The notes under the pieces are model-generated. The model saw nothing but the letters and a program-made list of their open reading frames with translations, was not told where the DNA came from and searched no databases. The position numbers and the translations under genes were made by a program. A DNA stretch of 64,000 nucleotides from Patescibacteria group bacterium (lineage in GTDB: Bacteria > Patescibacteriota > Minisyncoccia > UBA6257 > UBA9933), in assembly GCA_030017615.1 (NCBI GenBank), contig JASEIG010000002.1, forward strand, positions 11,980-75,979, given 5' to 3'. Shown piece by piece: positions 61,006-64,000 of this stretch (its first letter is position 1; each line of letters begins with the position of its first letter).

Positions 61006-61069
61006 TAACTGATAAAATGTTGCAAAAACTGTCTTTGACGTGTTATTTTTATGAAAGGAAAATTTTAAA

Positions 61070-61140
61070 GGGCCTGTAGTATAACGGTAACACGTATCCA
61101 TGGCATGGATAAGTTAGGGGTTCGATTCCCCTCAGGTCCA
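61070..61140 (+). tRNA. tRNA-Ala(GGC)
   Basis: Acceptor GGGCCTG/CAGGTCC with G3:U70, anticodon stem TATCC/GGATA, loop ATGGCAT, T-loop TTCGATT; CCA not encoded. Confidence 0.93.
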
Positions 61141-61154
61141 CTAACTAATTTTAG

Positions 61155-61228
61155 GGGCCTATAGTTAAGTGGTATAACACCTCATTTGCAATGAGGAGGC
61201 GGCAGTCCGATTCTGCCTAGGTCCACCA
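61155..61228 (+). tRNA. tRNA-Ala(TGC)
   Basis: Acceptor GGGCCTA/TAGGTCC with G3:U70, anticodon stem CCTCA/TGAGG, loop TTTGCAA, T-loop TCCGATT, encoded CCA. Confidence 0.92.
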
Positions 61229-61297
61229 AAAAAATTTAGTTATTGTTATAATTATAATTACTTTATAGTTAATGATCAGTTATAAGTTAGTTTTATT

Positions 61298-61318
61298 GGA
61301 GGAGTGCCTGAGTGGTTA
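61298..61318 (+). pseudogene. Orphan 5' fragment of a tRNA (Ser-like)
   Basis: GGAGGAGTGCCTGAGTGGTTA reads as a 5' acceptor strand plus D-arm start; no matching 3' half found downstream. Confidence 0.65.
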
Positions 61319-61380
61319 TGGAATTATAATAGAGATGTTTTTAAATGTATTTTCCCGAAATTTTATGGTATACTGGATGA

Positions 61381-61857
61381 GTGGCCGAGAGATATAAAAG
61401 AAATCCAAATACTAAATGTGTAGTTTGTAATAATCCTATATATAGAAGACCTTATGAAATAAAAAGGAACAACGGGCGAGTTTTTTGCGGTATGACTTGC
61501 TATGGAGTTGCTTGCAGAAAAGAAATTTCTTGTGTTGTTTGTTCCACACCAATTTTATCTAGATTAAATAAAAAAACTTGCAGTAAAAGTTGCGCAAATA
61601 AATTTAGGGATGGTATCCGATATAAAATTAATAGCCCGCGAGATAAAGTTAAAAGCCAGAGAAGTTTGAAAATAAGGTTGTTAAATCAACGAGGTAAAAA
61701 CTGCGAAAGATGCGGATATGGTAAATTTGAAATTCTACAAGTGCATCACAAAAATAGAAACAGAGAAAATAATAAACTAGACAATTTAGAATTAATCTGC
61801 CCGAATTGTCATGCGGAAAAGCACTATCTAGAAAATAGTTGGCTCAATAACAAATAA
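61381..61857 (+). CDS. HNH endonuclease with two N-terminal zinc-finger repeats
   Basis: CVVC..FCGMTC and CVVC..TCSKSC repeats, then CERC...LQVHH...N...NLELICPNCH. Confidence 0.92.
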   Translation: MAERYKRNPNTKCVVCNNPIYRRPYEIKRNNGRVFCGMTCYGVACRKEISCVVCSTPILSRLNKKTCSKSCANKFRDGIRYKINSPRDKVKSQRSLKIRLLNQRGKNCERCGYGKFEILQVHHKNRNRENNKLDNLELICPNCHAEKHYLENSWLNNK

Positions 61858-61885
61858 CAAATAAATTAACTATTTGTGGAGTTAT

Positions 61886-61973
61886 GGAGGGTTGCGCCGA
61901 ATGGTAAGGCACCAGTCTTGAAAACTGGGGCTCCGAAAGGGGCTTAGAGGTTCGAGTCCTCTACCCTCCGCCA
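61886..61973 (+). tRNA. tRNA-Ser(TGA)
   Basis: Acceptor GGAGGGT/ACCCTCC, G discriminator, anticodon loop CTTGAAA, long variable arm GCTCC-gaaa-GGGGC, CCA. Confidence 0.96.
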
Positions 61974-62006
61974 GTCAGGAAATGAAATTATTAACAATAA
62001 TAGTTG

Positions 62007-62079
62007 CGGCCCCAAGGGGAATTGAACCCCTGTTTTCAGGATGAGAACCTGATGTCCTGGTCCACTAGACGATAGGGCC
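62007..62079 (-). tRNA. tRNA-Glu(CTC)
   Basis: Minus strand GGCCCTATCGTCTAGTGGACCAGGAC..., anticodon stem TCAGG/CCTGA, loop TTCTCAT, T-loop TTCAATT. Confidence 0.94.
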
Positions 62080-62235
62080 ATTCCTCACCTTAGGTGGCAT
62101 TTTAACGCCTGCCTCAGGTGCGGAACTTAGCCACTCTGGTCGGAGTAATGGCTAATTCCTGTTATTTATCATATTTTACTTTCTCAATCAATTCTTCTGT
62201 TGTAAGCCGTTAGTTATTGGTTGTAGGTTTATTAA

Positions 62236-63627
62236 TCACATCTTCCGTATCTCCTCAACAACCTTATCCAATCCAATCGCGCGCGAAGCTTTAACCAAAA
62301 TCAAATCTCCCGGCCTTGATAAATCTTGTATTGTTTTTAATGATTCATTTACGGTATCAAAAGAAAACACGCTACTGTATGACATTCCGTTCAATTTTGC
62401 TTTTTCAGCGATAAATTTTCCTCTCGGTCCGACAGTTATCAAAATATCGGCAACTTCGCGAACCATTTTCCCCGCATCTTCGTGCGCTTCAATTGAATAT
62501 TTCCCAAGTTCAAGCATATCGCCCAGAACCGCAATTTTCCTTTCCGATTCTAAATCGCCTAAAGTCATCAACGCTTCTTTTATTGAAAGCGGCGACGCGT
62601 TATAACTGTCGTCTATTATCCAAGTTTCTTTTATCCCTTCAATCAAATTCATTCGTTGTTTCGCGGGAATATAATGCCTTTCAATAAGTTCCGCAATTTC
62701 CACTAAATTCAGTCCATAAATCGTCCCTATGGCAAAAGCCGAGGCAACACTGTACGCCTGCGCCTTCCCAAAAACATTTTTCAAATTCACCGGCACAAAA
62801 CTTCCTTTATATTCTATTTTAAAAGAAATCCCTCCCGGCCTGACCTGCCTTGAGCTTGCTCGCCCCGCCATGGCGATGACCGAAGAGACTTGTTCTGAAT
62901 TTACCGAAGGAGCTTGTCCTAAGCTTGTTAAAGGAACGGAATAATTTTCAAAATTGGAAATTTTCATATCAGCCTCTTCGTTAAATCCGAAAGTTATCGC
63001 TTGCGCTCCGGTTTTATCTTTCATTTTCATAACCATTTCATCGTCGCAATTCAAAACCGCAAAACCGCTTGACGGCAAAGCTTCCACTATTTTTAACTTT
63101 TCCTTAACCACATCTTCCACATCGTCATAAAATTCCACATGGACTGGAATGTCCCCGATTGCGGTAATTATACCCAATTTCGGTTTCGCTATTTTAAGCA
63201 GATATTTTATATCGCCGGGCCTGTCGGCTCCGAATTCCAAAATTATAATTCGCGGGTATTTTCTATTTCTGAAAATAATTTCAAAAATTCCGGTTAAAAT
63301 AACTTTCAGCCAAAAAAATGTTTTTTGGATTTTTTTTGTGTTTTTCGGCTGTCCACGGCTTACTAATTTTAAATCGCTTTCCGCCCAATCTCCGATTATC
63401 GTCAAAGGTACTCCTAATTCATTGTTAAAATTCCCTTCTGAACTTCTCACGCACAACTCCATTTTATCAATCAGGGTCAAATGATTCATATTGGACAAAA
63501 CTGAAAAAATAGTTCTTTTAGCCGAAGTTTTTCCCACACTTCCCGTAACAGCAATAATTTCCGGCCGATATTTTCGTATAATTGCTTTTGATAATACTTT
63601 TAAAATTTTCTGTAAAATAATAATCAT
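62236..63627 (-). CDS. murF: UDP-MurNAc-tripeptide--D-Ala-D-Ala ligase
   Basis: AVTGSVGKTS, NFNNELGVPLT, IDDSYNASP, VLGDMLELG, LVKASR. Confidence 0.95.
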   Translation of the reverse strand: MIIILQKILKVLSKAIIRKYRPEIIAVTGSVGKTSAKRTIFSVLSNMNHLTLIDKMELCVRSSEGNFNNELGVPLTIIGDWAESDLKLVSRGQPKNTKKIQKTFFWLKVILTGIFEIIFRNRKYPRIIILEFGADRPGDIKYLLKIAKPKLGIITAIGDIPVHVEFYDDVEDVVKEKLKIVEALPSSGFAVLNCDDEMVMKMKDKTGAQAITFGFNEEADMKISNFENYSVPLTSLGQAPSVNSEQVSSVIAMAGRASSRQVRPGGISFKIEYKGSFVPVNLKNVFGKAQAYSVASAFAIGTIYGLNLVEIAELIERHYIPAKQRMNLIEGIKETWIIDDSYNASPLSIKEALMTLGDLESERKIAVLGDMLELGKYSIEAHEDAGKMVREVADILITVGPRGKFIAEKAKLNGMSYSSVFSFDTVNESLKTIQDLSRPGDLILVKASRAIGLDKVVEEIRKM

Positions 63628-63648
63628 TTTGTTATTTGTTATTAGTTA

Positions 63649-64000
63649 TTAGTTACTCATTCTATCCGGCGATATATTGTAATAATTCAACAAAAATTGG
63701 GCAAGCTCGCGAAAAGCGGGAACAACAGTTTGACCCGCAAGCGGTGTTCCTTTCGGCTTTTCCAGTTTTATAAGAATTGAAAATTTCGGATTGTATGCGG
63801 GCGCGAATCCAACATAAGTATTTATAACTCTATCCGTATAACCGCCGGTTTGAAAATTGGGTATAAAAGCCGTGCCGGTTTTACCGGCAATATTATAGTT
63901 GGGAATATCCGCCAACACGTTTTTTTTCACCGCCGAAACCATCATTTGCGTTACTTTGCGCGCCGTGTCTTCCGAAATAACTCTTCTTATCATTTCAGAT
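63649..64000 (-). CDS. Class B penicillin-binding protein (FtsI-like), C-terminal part only
   Basis: IAGKTGTA motif, YVGFAPAYNP; upstream of murF; truncated by window end. Confidence 0.85.
   Translation of the reverse strand, partial: SEMIRRVISEDTARKVTQMMVSAVKKNVLADIPNYNIAGKTGTAFIPNFQTGGYTDRVINTYVGFAPAYNPKFSILIKLEKPKGTPLAGQTVVPAFRELAQFLLNYYNISPDRMSN

Noticed and set aside
61298-61885. Group I intron-split tRNA encoding the HNH
   Set aside because: No 3' exon complementary to either 5' fragment, the downstream tRNA-Ser is already complete, and the non-coding flanks are too short and AT-rich for a ribozyme core.
596-63484. Many antisense or overlapping ORFs in the track (e.g. 13193-13798, 29103-29684, 13930-14118)
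   Set aside because: They are shadows of real genes or overlap a tRNA, with no recognisable motifs.

Overview
AT-rich chromosomal segment of a CPR/Patescibacteria genome, most likely Parcubacteria. This is inferred from the missing rpmD/L30 in the spc operon, the presence of L9, a class I LysRS, a C-terminally short AlaRS, a sigma70 with a Lys-rich N-terminus, and core genes without Shine-Dalgarno sites. It uses standard code 11. Bases 1-24.6 kb are almost all + strand: the end of the spc operon (rpsH-rplF-rplR-rpsE-rplO-secY-adk-map), then greA, lysS, dnaG-rpoD-alaS, tRNA-Asn with a small decayed islet, FKBP, typA, an RRM protein, pspC, SIMPL, ctpA and rplI. Bases 24.6-64 kb are almost all - strand: a PD-(D/E)XK nuclease, M23 peptidase, gltX, a Cys-repeat protein, murG-ftsW-deacylase homolog, udg, secA, hpf, gtrA, lemA, patatin, tgt, surface proteins, pcm, dnaJ-dnaK-grpE, murF and an ftsI-like fragment; lnt and most of a tRNA cluster lie on +. 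Notable observations: (1) a zinc-finger HNH endonuclease inside the tRNA cluster, preceded by an orphan tRNA-Ser 5' fragment, starting within a second tRNA-like 5' end, and followed by an intact tRNA-Ser(TGA); (2) an unannotated 20-aa histone-H1-like peptide gene with its own terminator; (3) a full-length D-aminoacylase homolog lacking all six metal/catalytic residues, directly upstream of ftsW-murG; (4) a tspO frame with four in-frame stops, three at conserved Trp; (5) repeat DNA translated in frame inside MurF; (6) a translation-initiation pattern of leaderless genes, SD sites only on accessory ORFs, a GGTCG leader motif and paired microsatellite hairpins. All calls were made by eye; no searches were run.
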